Positions 23,432-38,009 of a stretch of 64,000 nucleotides of DNA are shown one piece after another. Positions within the stretch are counted from its first letter, which is position 1; each line of letters opens with the position of its first letter. The position numbers and the translations under genes were made by a program. Below the pieces are notes generated by a model. That model saw only the letters and a program-made list of their open reading frames with translations, did not search any database and was not told the DNA's origin. The DNA lies in the NCBI GenBank assembly GCA_973895155.1, contig OZ316892.1, positions 9,900,283 through 9,964,282 of the forward strand. The letters are read 5' to 3'. This DNA comes from Marsupella aquatica. Taxonomy: Eukaryota > Plantae > Marchantiophyta.

Positions 23432-25137
23432 TACTTTTGAAACATACTTTTGTGCAAACTTTTCTTCACACCATTCATTGGTAGAGAACTATTTCTTTCT
23501 TCAAAGATAACATTCTTTTCCACTTCCTGTGGCTCGCAAAGTGTCTATTCTGCCAAGCCTCCTATAGTCCTACGTCTCAATAATAGGTGAGCAGTACACT
23601 GACTCAAATGGTTTTCTAGCATTAAATTAAAACCTTTTGGGGGACGTGTCTTGGTTTTTAGGGGTTCCCTATTGCTCATTTTTTACTTTTAGTTCCTTTT
23701 TTTGGGTGTTTAGAGGTTCCCTTTTGTTCACTTCTTTTACGTTTGGTTTTGTTTACTTGGACCCTCTTTTGTTTGTTCTTTTGTACTGTGTTTGGTCCCT
23801 TTCTATAAAAAGTGTGTATATATTCTTTTTTGGGGGGACGTGTCTTGCCTCCAAAACTAATTTAATTTTTAAGTTGCTCCCCATTTTATATGTGGTTAGC
23901 TTAAACAGTCACTAGCCTACAGAAGGGAGGAGTGGCCAAAGCTTTCCTCTCTTTTGCATTTCAGACACTCCCCTCCCCTACTATCCTAGTCTCCTCCACA
24001 ATTTCAAGAAAAATCTCCCATAAGTAATGAAACATGATGGATCCAGTTCTGATAATGGCAGTGGTGCTTTAAGATTAAATTGACCCGAGATGACTGTCAT
24101 GTAATCAATCCAGTGACGCAAGGAGAGGGCCAACGCCCGAGAACCTTTATTCCTGGGAAATCCCAAAAACATAGCACCAGTCTGGGATGAGGAGACAGGA
24201 AAGAACAAATGCAAAATAAGGGGGCTAGAGGAATGAGCTCACCCAAAGAAGAGGAAGAGCAACCTCCATCCACAGCCAAAAGGAAGGAGGTGAAAAAGAA
24301 TGGAAGGGAGGAACCCCATGAAGCAAAATATACATATTCCGATAGCAGAAAAGAGCACTGAGAGAGCATGGAAGCTCATAAGTTGTCCAAGCTGATCCCC
24401 TCCAACCATAAAACTGGGCAAATGACGGGGACCAAAAGGCCATAATTTTGCTTGTAGATAGTAGTTGACACCCTTGTTCTGGTGAGTGATGGAATGGGGA
24501 CTAAACTTTTGTTATTCATTAAACTCAATTTGATCTAGTAACAAAAGAATCCATTATTTAGCTCACTGCACCTACATGTGGAAAATGGAACAACCCAGTG
24601 TTTTTGAGTAGACAGTTGCTGGAATTCAACGCAAGTGTATTCGGTGCAAATTTTGTCAAATCCTGAGCTATGTAACGAGTTCAATTACTAATTCACATCA
24701 GCAGTCCACCTCTATGACGCTGAAATTCTCCTGACCTCAACAACTCGCAACAAGATTCTCCATATAATAGGTGCCAGCGTGCAATGTAGGGATTACGATT
24801 GAGCAGAGCGTTCAACCGTTCTTCCAGAAAAAACACGGAGTTCTACGATGGGTCTCCACCATGTGAATTCAGCTCAGGCGTCATTTGCCCATGGCGGAAA
24901 GTTCATTCTGAGGTCGAAATTCTGTGGCAAACTTCCACGAAGCATGGATTTGGTGAAAATTGGAACTGGACTTTTAAAGTGGATCTGAAGTAAATCATGT
25001 ACATACAGGTCCCCTTGGGGGGAACAATCTTCCAAGACATCTTTCTGTGTGTGCCATATCCATAAATGCTATAGTAGGCAGGGGCTACTATTTGCCACCA
25101 TTTGAAGGGTCCGTCAAAATGACCCGCTGCTCAAGAT

Positions 25138-28100
25138 TCACTCTATGGGCTCTTCCAGCACTTTGCAAACCTCAACAGTGAGACCAGCATTCATGAGAAT
25201 CCAGATCCAAGCTCTTTGCTGTTCGGAGAGACGGTCTCGAGGTCCCTTCACCTCCACGAGTTTAGCCTCTCCATATTTACGACACTTTCTGTTAATTGGT
25301 AGTTCCTTGGTCCAGGTTTTGGGCGCACTGAAACCATCTCCAGATCCACATTTGCTTTTGTCCAAGTTTTCTGCCAGTTGACGTGAATACTCCATGGTGC
25401 CAGTCTCCTGGCCTGTATTTGCTACAACCCTTTCTGATTGATTGCAATCACACTTCGTGCATACCCTGTTATCTGTACTACCCTCCGTTGTACCCTCTAT
25501 ATCACTAGTATTGGCTCTGCGCCAAAGAAGAAGATCAGGCATGCCTGCAGTCCAACCAGCGTGGTCCTCTGCCAGCAATCTACATATTGTAGACAACCCG
25601 GGACGACCAATACACAAAGCAATTGTTTGAAGCTCTTCAAGTGAATGACGGTCCCAGTTGACACCTCGGCACATGGTTCCCTTGTTTCGAGTCCAAGTGT
25701 TAGCCAGAAGGTTGACTATGTCCCCTTCAGCAATGGCAGCAAGCTGCGCCTCAATTAAGCTTTGTCGTGCAGAGAAGAATACTTCTGTATCCAGATCCAG
25801 AGGTGCTGTCTGCAACACATTATTCTCAAGTGTTAGCATGTTAAGTACCAGATGAAAAGGTCACTACATGCCCACCTGTAAGGATGACGCAAACTTTAGG
25901 ACCAGTATTGTAAGGAAGAATCTACGCCAGTACCCTCTCTGACACTAGTCGTAATACACAATATTCACTTAGCTCCACACTTCTTTTGTGTAGATCTCTA
26001 CTAGGGTGATCTCCTAATCTCGAATAGCTTTAGTGATCCAAAAGAACTAGAGAAACGTGAAGACTAATGCGTAAGAGCTGAAAATGTCGACGCTTTTGCT
26101 TGGTCGTGGCTTGAAAACCATCTCAGAATTCAGACCTGGAAAGGAGTCTGGAAAACATCTGGAACATCTGCAAACAGGACATCCCACATCAGGAGGCCAA
26201 AGAATGTCATCCACACTCCCCCTTCACAGTGAACACCCTGCCAGCCGCCACCGTCCTCACTGGCAAAGAACTGCAGAGCCAGCTCTTCGACTCGACATTG
26301 CTGCCCATCGTATCCATAAAACCAACTCCTCATGCCTGTTACGCAATTAAGAGGTCTCCCCTGTATTTGCACCTGACATTAAGAACATTTTTGGGTAAAG
26401 AGATTGTAGCAAGTTACAACGTTCACGTCTCAATGAAAGTGAAAAGCAGGTGGTGATTTTACGACTTGGACTATGAACATTTAACAGCGAATTCTCCATG
26501 AAACAAATGGAGACTGGCCCTCATATTTCAAGGGCCCAATACAATGTAAAAATGTCAAGACACCAGCTAGTAATATTAACGTCCATAAAGGTTTACAATT
26601 TTCCTCCAAGATGTGGTCTCGCGTGCTACTTAACAATTTAAACCAAGTGAATTGCCACAGACGATACATCAGTTCTGTTTCCGAGAGGATGGAAACCCTT
26701 ACTTCCTTGCACTTTCTTTTCAATGCAGCAGCATATGGAGGTGTCTTCCACCGCCGTGGCGGCTTCCCCAGACGAACGACCCGCCTCTGAAGTGCAACAA
26801 GATCTCCCCCACGAATCCATGGATGATTAACTCCCTCCTCTGCAACCTGTAGGCTTTCCTCTTTCCGACCCAAGTGGTCCAAATCCACTGATAATCTCAC
26901 TGTCCAATAACCCCACCTTCCAGACTTTATTGTCTTGTTGGACAACAACTGCCTCAGGATATCCACAGCTTCGGAATATCTGCAGTAGATGTATGGACAA
27001 GACCATAAGCCAGACTGACCAAGACGTGCTTCGTGATAGACACACCTGTGCAATCGAAGATACAAATATTCAAAAGCACAACTCTCCAGTCTAGAAAAAG
27101 GGGTCACAGCTTGACCTGCGTTCTCGTTCCAGAATAGAGACGCCCAAAGTGCAGACGTTCCTATACACATATGAAGCCGAGAAACGGGCTAGGAAGGTTG
27201 GAGTTCTGGCTGTAGGAGCCAGGTCGGAATCATCAAGACGCATCTGATGACATGCTCTGTCCATAAGATTTAAAGCAGTCACCGTATCGTTACATTCCAG
27301 AGCCATGTCCACACCCTGAGCTACTTCCAGAGCCTGGCAGAAGTGATGGACATTGTCAATACTCAGTAAACCGGGCCTGAAACTCCCAGGGCACAACCTT
27401 AACGAGATTTTACATTTCCAAAGGCTCCCCTAACATCCAAAAATGGCAAGTATTGAGCTCGACGTTTCACCCTACCACCCCGAGCAGCTGAAGTATCAAG
27501 AGTCTAAACACAGAAATTCGACAGACCTGCTCATATGCAAGGAGAGCTTCATGTGTGTCAAAGATATTTCGTTCCCTCCAACACTTGTAGCGAGGATACT
27601 TCACTAACCCCAAGTCCACCACAAGGAAAGTAGACAAATCCGTGTCTCCGTTTAGAAAGAAAAGTCTCTGTACAACCAACAGAACGATATTTTCCGTGAC
27701 AACTCTAGTGTAACAACAACCTGAACTGAAGGGGAAGTCTGAAGGTCCTCAAAAGTTCTAGTCCAGCGACATCCACATGATGATGTTCAAGACACACAAA
27801 AGCTGATGGTTCTTTGTTTCGAATTTGGCTTGAAATCACGACACCAAAGGGAGGTAGAAAAGTGGCCACTGCCGATAGAACCTTTAAGCGCCAGAGCAGA
27901 AAGTCTGCCATATCAGAGACACGGATGCAGTTCCCCGAAATTTCAGTCAGCATCTGTAGAAGTGCCAAACCACTGCCAAAAGACAGCCTGGTGAGAATGC
28001 ATCCAAGAATTCATCATTGCCTTCAAAAGCACATTCAAAATGTTTGAAAAAATACCAATGACCTCAAGAAAAGAAGAAGCACCTTTGACCTGGAGACTCT

Positions 28101-31100
28101 GGGATCAAGTTTGCTTGTTTCTGCATTCCTTCAGAGACTGCCATGTGTACTAGAACATCTTTCTTAGCAACGGCTGCCTCACTCTTTTTCTGCAAATATT
28201 CAAGGCAAGGGACCCCCTCCCAGTTAGCCTTGGAATTCGCTAAGGAACAACAGCTTGAAGAGCATTATTAAATTGTCGACCATTCCAATTCAAGGAGGGA
28301 CATTTGCTAATCCAAAACTGTTGTAGTCCTATAGTAAAAACCATGCGATGCCAGAGAAAGAAGGTAGATAGCCACAGAAGGCATAGAAACCTTTTGCGGA
28401 AGAAATGGAAATCGTTGCTACCTTCTTGAAAGTATGGCAGACAAAGTGGCGCAACTCTGCCACACTCAGGATCTCGAACCTCTTTCTCATTGCTGCTTCA
28501 GGAGCTTCATTTGAACTATCTTGAGTATCCATGTAACCAGATACTGTACAAAAGGAATGCCCAGCACAAATAAACATCCAAGATCTCTCTCGTTGAGGTC
28601 CCTGGACTTTGAAATGAATATACATGACACGTTTCACTTCCTTTTCTGTGAGCCCGACATTATTTTGATTACGTGTCAAGGATATCCGACACATTCAAAT
28701 TAAACTTCCAACAAGAAAAACCAGAATGTACAACAGATACCGTAGGGAATGTCAATGAAGGGGGGCTACCAAGAAGCTCCTCTGAGGCGACACCAATATC
28801 AGCAACATCCTTGTACTCAATAGTTGAAAGACGAAACCAAGGTCCTGTGAATGTTCATTACCGGTCAGAATTGATAGTCACATGTGGGACCCGGTTGAAT
28901 GACCTTATTGAACAAAATCAAGATGTTACGATGATTATTCAACAACCTTTGCTTTATCGTAAAAACTACGACCAAGGCCAGCACAATACCTTTCCGCTGG
29001 TACAGGCGTATGAAGAGTCTCTGTGCATCATCAGACAGAGATTTGAAATTTTCTGGAAAGATCAATGAACTGTCAAAAGCTGCACGATACATTGCACCGG
29101 CCTCCAAATATCTCATGACAAAACTACAGCTACTCACTATAACAGACTACAGCTTCATCGAAGAAGAAAGAGTGAAGTTCGAAGTGGGACCAGACTATAC
29201 ATATATCACACTCAGAAAGAATCCACATTTGTAAAACTACATCCATCAAAGTTAGCTACCTAGAAAGGCTTTCTCCAGGTCTTTAAAGAGGTGGGAGTCA
29301 CGCTCTAGGACCGTTTGCAGTATATACAAGAAGTTCTGTTGGTATTTGCTGACATTTCCAGAGAAAGGCAGTTGAAGAGAACTGGAATTTTCGGCAGCAT
29401 CCAAGAGATTCTGTAAACTTTCTTCAACACCAGCTAGCTTAAGAAAATCATTCTTTAGAGAATTTCGACTCTCACAAAAGAGTTTTACTGATACAGCCCC
29501 AAAAATTGGCGCTGGAACAGCAGTCACCGACCCCTGCATTGCAGTGCGAAGTTACCATGTATAATTTGGTATATTGAGAATGCAAATGCTGCAGAAATCC
29601 TAAAGTTAACAAAGGGAGCGACATGCTAATAATCACAGTAACTATCCAAAAAAGTGACTTCATGTTGATGTAAGATACTTACCCAGACTCGCAATAAGCC
29701 TTCATCAAGCAGACTAGAAAGATGGAGACTGATTTCCCTTGGAAGGTGACCCAATGGAAGCCCTTTGGAATTTCGGAACTCGACAACCTAATGAATCCCG
29801 CAAAAGTTCATGTCAAAGTCAATATGCATCTAAGCTTCATCAAGTCTCTCGTCATTTAATCAGAGTTGGCATGGATGTACGATGCACAATGATACCAGTC
29901 ATAAGATGCATAATGATATGACAGCACAAACCTTGATTGCGTTGGAATCCTTTGGATTGTCAGGTTCTCTTAAAAGAGCTACCTTCATCCCCTCCTTACA
30001 AATGGTGCCTCGATTATATCTACGACCTACAATTTTGGTATCAAAGACGCCTACAAGTCTTTCATTTGCTGCCGCCATGATGGTGGACTGGACATCACTA
30101 CGATCCAGCGGTTCAGCTTCTGCTGACTGCACTGCATCAATCTTTTCTAAAATGTCAATGAAGCCTCTGCTTCGATCACTTCCCTCCTCTCCAAGGATGT
30201 GATCCTCCATAAGGACCTTGTCTGTACTCTCATTGTCCATACTGTCGCCATTCAAAGCTGAAAGATGGCACTTGCATGAACAATCCTTTGATACGGCATG
30301 AGAAGAAATGGATCCCTCACAAAAGGCATCAATCCTTCCGTCCTTGCTACAGTCCTGAATGTCCAGCGCAGGGTTTTCAGCTTTCCAGGATGTGTCAGAC
30401 AGAGAAGTCTCCTCTGAACGTATCTCAAGACACACAGAACTACCATTGTGGTCGACGTCATGCCCAGGTTCTTCCTTTCTGGAAAGAAGCCCTAATTTCT
30501 CCGGAGAATCCTTTCGTGTGAGGCATTTGAGAGTCATCATAGATTGCCGAATGTCCTTACTTTCAAGATTTAGGGCAGGTTGAGAGAGTACAACAGTTTC
30601 CTTCTCCTCAAGTTTCCTAATTTCCATTTCCTTCCCATCTCTCCAGCTGCCTTCACCACTGGCGGTTTTGGGACGTGCAAAATTTACACGAGTCTCTATC
30701 TTCACAGATTTAAAATCTGTGTGCTTCAGATCTGTAGTCATTTTTTGAAACCCAACTGATAAGCTTTGATCTGCAAGCCTACCAACATAGGTGTTACCAC
30801 CAAACTGAGACATGGTGAGCTGCTTGCTCTTCCTCTTCACATCTTTCACCCCTCCTTGTAAACATACATCTGTAGCACGTCAACAACACTCCTTAAACAT
30901 TCATGACACAAGAGAATGATAGACTTAGCCAAGAAATCACGACTTTCTAATGTTTTCGGTACTGTTCAACATTTGATGCACTGCAAGAGATGAGTTGCGG
31001 CTTAACCTTAGGTAAGAAATCTTGTAGCAAACAAACAATTCATAATCCAGCAGAAGGGAACGAGCCAGTCTAACTAACCAACATGGGTATTGATGACATC

Positions 31101-31632
31101 TCCTCTGATGCTCTTCTCACAAATGGGGCATTTGACCCAGTTGATGTAACCCACTTTTTGCTCTGCTGCAAGTCCATCCTGATGAATATTCGCAGACTTT
31201 CGGTTAGAGGCCAACCCACGTCCCATACCAATTCCATTTTGCAGCCTGCTTTCCTCTTCAGGGTATGTGACAGACTCCCATGTAGTACTCTGAATCTTGA
31301 CATCTAGCTCGGTGTTGGTGACAGTAGATGCAACAACGGGGTGGACATCTCCCTGACAACGAAAATGAACATTTTCAGAGCTGAACATTCAGAGTGCGGT
31401 CAATTTTCATATCACACTTGTTATCAAATAAACCGTTGTAAGACGTTCAGCATGGTGCAATTCAATGACTGAACCTCCAGTACAGAAACAGAGAGCAAAG
31501 AACTACTACCTCGTGCTTGACATCACGAGCAACAGATTGACCTGCTGGAGAGATGGCCGACAGGGCTAGCTTGCGCCGCTTCCCCACCAATCTGATCACG
31601 GTTTCGTGTCCTCTGAGACCATGATTCGACAT
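25138..31632 (-). CDS. FAN1: Fanconi-associated nuclease 1 homolog (UBZ, HIRAN, VRR-NUC), about 15 exons
   Basis: N-terminus LRGHETVIRLVGKRRK; UBZ CPIC...HVDVC across a splice; HIRAN TKIVGRRY..LLREPDNPKDSNAIK; RLFIRLYQRKGPWFR; LGKPPRRWK; VEELALQFF; GMPDLLLW and LVEVKGPRDRLSEQQRAW. First exons 31632-31510, 31352-31079, 30869-29932, 29787-29683, 29533-29260; last exons 26372-26136, 25809-25138. Confidence 0.96.
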
Positions 31633-34600
31633 TTTTTCCTTTCTTTCACTCTCTTCCTCCGAAAGCACCAGCTGCTACTGCTGCTCCAGCCCACCACCAC
31701 CAACAACAACATCTCTTCTGTCGCCCAAAAGAAATATCACCCACTCTCACTCATGCAGTCATGAATCTGCATTTTGGTTCGTCCACTTCAAAAGCCATCC
31801 AATTGAATCAGGCGTGAAGCTCTCTATTTTGATGCATTGAGCAGGAGTAGACAGACTCCTGTAAAGTTTCATATCGTTACTCAATGGGATCAAATTGTTC
31901 CATGACCGATCACAGTCCCCGGAAATTTCGATCACATCTGGGACTGCGAACCCAGATGTGGGCGAGCGAATTACAGCATTTCGCAGCTGAAGGATCGGGG
32001 ATGAAAGCTTCCGTAGAAAAGGGAAAGGTATTATCGGTGTCTTGTGTCCTCCAAAGGGCATTGACTTCTGAAGTATTCTGCAATTCTTCATTCAATTCGA
32101 AAGTTCGGGGGTTCGGTGCCTTCCCAACGAAGCTACCTAAGTTTTGGTCTCTGTGTGTTGTCTCCTTGACTATCCCCCTGACCTTCATTCCTAACCATGA
32201 CCAGACGTTGGGTTCGTGATGGGATTTGCCTGAAATAAGGGCATATTTTCTGAATAAGTTAAAATAGTAAGGCATTAGAATGTATAGTCATAAAGGGCAA
32301 GTTTCTGTGGAGCGGGCAAGGGCAAGACTTACAGAAACTTGCCCTTGATATACATCACAGTGCCAAAGTACAAAAAAGCTAAACTGGGTGACAAGGTGCC
32401 AAAGCAAAGTATCCCAGTAAAGGGAGGGAAGAGGAAGGGGAAAGGACCCCAAGAAGACCTAAGGGCTAGGTTCCATGGAGCAAGGAGTACGTATGGATGA
32501 GGAGTACAGAGCATGGACAGAAAATTGTGAGTTGGCCACAGCCAATAAGAGCTGAGTAGGGACGAGGGGTATTCCCTCGACAAATGCATGGAGTGGGAGT
32601 GTGGATTCCCCTCACGCCCCTTATTTTGTGCTCCCTGCTACCTGCCTGGTCGGTTCCTGCCCTGGTATCACCTGTCACAGCCCGTCAATAAGGGTTTGAG
32701 TGACTTGCAAATATTCATCGTTCAAGTTGAGCTCTGAGTTCAAGGTGCAAGGTGGGGTTTCAGAGCTACTGTTACTAGCTGAGATGCTACTCATCAATCA
32801 ATTCTGAAAGAAAATTACAATGTTGGCATAACTTGCTGCTTGCTGCTGATTACAAAAAAATAATTTGTTGTGCTTTTTTTTTTCCATTGGTTCTGCAGTA
32901 TAATGTTGTGGGTGGAAAAGATGTGGAAAAGACTAAAAGAACCTCCATCAATCCGCTTGTTAATAGTTTGCTTTCTTTGAATCTCTCATTCTTCACACAC
33001 AAGCACAATTTCAGTGCGCGCTTGTGAAAAACCGTGCAAGGAGCTGTGATGATGATTAGTCATGTGCTGGTGTTGGTCACTTGTGGATGCGTTGAAGTGT
33101 TGGCACAGCGTTTTTGCTTGTTGTCTGTTGGCTGTAGTAAGTTGGTTGGATAGAATTGCTACTCTCCCCATGAAAATTCTATTGGTCGGGAGTTTGTGCC
33201 ATTCTGCAATTTGGTGTTGCAATTCTCAATGTCCAGAATCATTGTCAATTGAATCTGAATTCAATGGAATTCACAGAGAATGAAACCTTGTCAATGCTAT
33301 TCATTGCACCCTCCGGGAAAACAAGTTGGACTATATCCAAATTAGGGAGACAACAATGCACAGAAAGCAAAGCCTAATTTTGTTTGGCCTTCAATTGCGT
33401 CCTGAAAGTAGAATCTATAGCTGGCATTCTAGTCTCTTCAGGACAATGATAGGGAGAATTAATAACAAAAAGTATTATGTGACAAAATAAGTGTGGTAGT
33501 TGAGTGCCTTCATGTCCACTCGCATGTCCACAACAATTCCTTGGGAAAACTTTCCAAATTTATGGCTCTTTGAGTGTCAAACTTCTTCTCACAATTGAAA
33601 TGCCAACCATCTTGTCATAGGAGACGTGTTCCAAAGGCGGACACATAGTCTAACATGCGGTTTTGATGCAATTTTTAGTTTGTTATGTACTCTTGGAATT
33701 CAAAATTTGTCAGCTATCTAAAGTTGCACTTCTTGCAGATGCGCTACTCAATCTCAACAGTGATTAGATTGCTTCATTGTGACAGTCCTTTGCGTGCCAA
33801 CTGCTACTGGTCTCCAACTCTAATTCATCCTGCAACTAGCTGAAATACTCTCCAAAGGTTTCTTTGCTTTGTGTGGCCTAGCAAGAGTGGCTACTTGCAC
33901 TTGCCCACCTACAATAGATGCACCCAGTTTAAACCTGCTAAATGCCCAGTCATTGACAAGTTTAGCAAGAGTGACTTGCTACATGCGGGCAACAACAGCG
34001 CCGGGGGGGGGGGGGGGCAACCAACAACACTAAGTTCCTTGATAGGGCCCAACACAACTTGCCTCCAGCCTGCAAGTTTGAGCATGCACTAGCCTGGCTT
34101 GCCATCCCTTGCTAATCTCCCTGGACACATGGTTGCTAATGAAATTGGCACCATAATGTAGAAATGACAGTAGCTGCAGCAGACATTTGTTTGGGGATTG
34201 AGTCCCAGTGCTGCATACCAACAAACAGCCAGCCTGCCACTTACCTCCCATTGACACCAATACCACATTGCAAATAGCACACTGGGTGGGAATGCTCTAG
34301 GACTACATTGTTCGCCTTAATTGGTGTTACTCACACTAATCTGAGAGCGCCAATTTTCAGGGTCTACTCGTGAGTTAGTGTTAGTCATGCTAATTTTGTC
34401 ATAACAGTACTTCCAAGAAATTTAATTGTGTTAGTGACTGTGGCCTCAAGAGTGAAAACTAGAGCTAAAAAACTATTTTGAAGAATTCATAAGAATTAGG
34501 GCCGTTGTGCATGTACATTGGCCCTTAAGAATGCGGCCTTTCACAAAGCGAAACTTACACAGAACCAGGAATTTGGTTTAACAACTCGATCCTCCCCTGT

Positions 34601-37600
34601 GGTATGTGTTGGATGTGCTGAGGGGCTTGTGTCCACCTCTGTTGTTATGTGGCACTTAGTTTACCGGGAGCAATAGAGGGGATTGAGGCTGCCATTGTCG
34701 TATGTGCAGATCAAAGGTCGGGACTGTGAAGGGCCGCAAGGTTTGCGTGCCTTGCTCTTCCAAGTCCTAGTTTAGTGCCGTCAAGACGGTCTCGTTCAGG
34801 GGGCAGTTTTGTTCACTCAGGGGCTGCCACCGTTTGTCTGAAAGGCCATTTTTTTGAAGGACCGTCTACATGCAAGACAGCCCTTAGTGTTCCTTTGGAC
34901 TCAAGATCACCCATTTTTATTAGCAATAAAAACAAAAGTGGAAAATAAGTATTCTGAAAATTAGTGTTACTTGGATTCAAAATCACTTTTACCAAATATA
35001 GTAACACTCTTTCGTGCATAACAGTGATTACGGTGAACAGTGTAGGTGTATCATGGGGTATACAGGTGATCATAAGATGGATGTTGGGAGAACCTGGCTA
35101 TGCCTTGGAACCTGGCTCCCGCCGTTGGGGTGGGAGTGTTAGACCCTCACTCCCCTGGTTCTCTCCAACAAAATGGGCTGGCCACCCCCAAATCCCCCAA
35201 AATGCCACAGATGGCATGATACAGGCTCTCTATACACTTGCACTTGGATTTAAACACAAAATCTGTTGCTTTGCGAGTCCGAGGTACCACATGTTTGCTA
35301 TATGCAAATTCAAAACTAAAATATATGCTTTGTTTTTCTTACAAAAGCTCTGGTTGAAACTTGGGTACTCATCATGCGTTTCATATGTCAACCTGTGTAC
35401 AAGAGAACTCTTTGACCCCATAATGGAAAAGGTGTGACTTCTAACTTTACTTTCATGGTACCCCCATTTTGCCACTTTTTAGTGGATTTAGGCTTAAATG
35501 AAGGGGTAATTCCTGTCATGCTGCGTTGTATACAACCTCTTTGGTTGCCCCATGATTTTCCTTCTACTTTATTGCCTGGTGTAGGCCCAGGTGTAGCTTT
35601 TGACCATGGCTATGACTATGGCCGAGTAAAAGAGAGGGAAATTGTGCCGAGTAAAAGAGAGGGAAATTGTCCGTGTCTAGTGTAAATTTAGGTGCCACAA
35701 AAGAAAGGGCCTCTTACATGCACGACAGCCCTCATTATGTTTTTGATGGACTCCAAAACCATGATCAGGTCATAGCAACCAGCAAACTTATGGAGCTGAT
35801 CCCAAATCTGTTTATATAGGAAATTAGAGGTCATCGGTAGGACCGTTTTGACAGTATCACAAGAATGTCGGACATGCAATTAGTTTGAATATACTCTAGT
35901 CCATGTCATGTTGTGTATTTCCTGAGTGCATTTGATTCTCTTTAGTTCTGCTTGGCAGAATTTATGCATTGATGTCTTTAAAGCTCCCTCAAAATTACCC
36001 AATGACCGACTTGTGTAAGCAAATCACACAACTTACCGTCGATGGAGTGCTTACACATCGGACTCAAATTGTCGAAGCAACTTACTCCCTCAGCTCTGTC
36101 TTCCAGCACTGTCAGTTCTCATTCGCAAATGAAAGCACGTTCTGAAAATGGGTGCCCCCTCAAATCAACACATCAAGATGTCTTCCTGACTTTGGGCTAA
36201 CAAGGGAATCTTCGGCCGGGTCCTTGGCCAGCTTAAAATCGATCTCGAAAGCGGACATGTTCTGGAAATTTTTCAAGAAGGTCGAAGGTACTCACAGACT
36301 CAGTTTCCCAGGCAAAATCGAAGAAGAGTTTTGTGTCTAAAACAGAGTGGACTGAGTAAGGTTGGTTTCCAGTCTCTGCTGGCAGTGTAGCTTGAGCGAG
36401 TACTACAATTGGCTTCTGTGAGGTGAGGGACGCGCCCTTCCTTCCTGCCATGTAGGATCTTGCACATTTGCACAGTTGGCCAAGACGATATAACACGAAT
36501 TGAACTAACAGAAAATTTGGCGTCTACATTCTTCAGTAGCTGGAAGGGTCATCAAAACCCTGCTACGATTGTCAATTGGGTTCATAAATCTTTCTGTCAC
36601 ATACCTATAACCGGCTCCGGGGTGAAATTCAGTTTTGCTCCTCTCGTGTGGGCACTTACACAGACCACGCGCACAACCAGCAGACATTCTGCCCCTCAAA
36701 TCAATTTCGCTTGATTACTAGGATAAAGTTCGATCGCCGCTCTGGCTCAAAATTTTGGGCTTCTTAATGCGGATTACAGGATTGACCATGGCTATGGCCG
36801 AGTGTAAGTGTTCTTGCACACAACTTGAGCATCGTTCTGTAGCCTACAATAGAGTAGAGACGTGGCCCACACCTTTGATCTTTCATACAAGGAAAGGAAG
36901 GGTCGAAAGGAACCCATGATACGAAAACTTAGGGATTTGTGTAGTGATCACACTTCCGATATTTTGTGCATACGCAGGTGTAGTGACGGATGGCTCTATA
37001 CTAGAATCCAAGCTGGCCGCTTCAGAAATGGAACAAGCATCTTCTGACGCTGAGTTTCTCTCGCCCCCAAAGAGAGACGGATTTCCATCCACATGCATCC
37101 ATGCATGGTGTAAAAGGTCAGGCAGCGCAGGCAGCTCTCCGTGAACTTTCCAAGCTAGATGCACTTTACCTTAAGTGTTATATTATTCAGTGGTGGATGA
37201 TAAGCCTCCGACCGGGAATATATGGAAATTGTCCAGATGCACCGAATGTTTCCATGGTACAAAACCCAGGACGAGCAGCTCAGTTTTTCGAGTCCAGCCT
37301 TGAAAGCCAGGATCAAAGCCAGGATCTGGAGTTCTGCCTCACATCGCCAATTTAAAAGGACCGCCTGCAATGGTACACGTTCACGGAGACGGAGAGCGAG
37401 AGGGGGGACAAATCGCTGAAAGCAGCTAAAGTCAGTTGCTATTTTTCTCTGAACTGGACAATTTCTCGTTGCGGGTTCAAAGGGCTGGCTACCACACTTC
37501 AGGTAAGACAGTTATCCAATCCTGGGGTAATTCTTGTTACGCTCATTAGGGTGACGAGCTGAAATTACTCGAAAGGCTGTGAGTTGAGAAACTGATCCAA

Positions 37601-38009
37601 TTGCGGAGGAATTTGTGGCCAGGTTTGTAAATTGAACGAATCGACTGGCTTGAATGTCAGTATGGATTGAATTTGAACTGAATTGATTTGACTGCTATCG
37701 CTTACCATTAGAATGGGAATCAGATCATTTGATTGAGAGAGCGATTGTGGGTCTGGAATAATAGAACTGTTTATGGTCTAGTAACAGTGAGAGTGAGACA
37801 GGGTAAATTGCGGTTTAAAAGGGTCATTCGGTATCGGTGCGCAGATGTTATTGAGAGAGCTTTAACATCATAATGGTACGAGCTCGTTCATTCTGTCAAC
37901 TCCTTGGAGTTGGAAGCAGCTCGTCTTAAGTGTTGAACAGAGTGAATACTACAAGAGTTATGAGAAAAGTTAAGGTAGAGTCTTGTCTGCTGCCATTGCA
38001 GGTTCCATT

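Noticed and set aside
23900-24470. LINE ORF2 3' remnant
   Set aside because: Composition is suggestive, but no RT or zinc-finger motif can be read with confidence.
31759-32275. 110-121 aa ORFs upstream of FAN1
   Set aside because: No recognisable domain or splice support. More likely promoter or TE-derived sequence.
36152-36705. TGCCCCTCAAATCAA direct repeats as a retroposon TSD
   Set aside because: No poly(A) tail or recognisable coding content between them.
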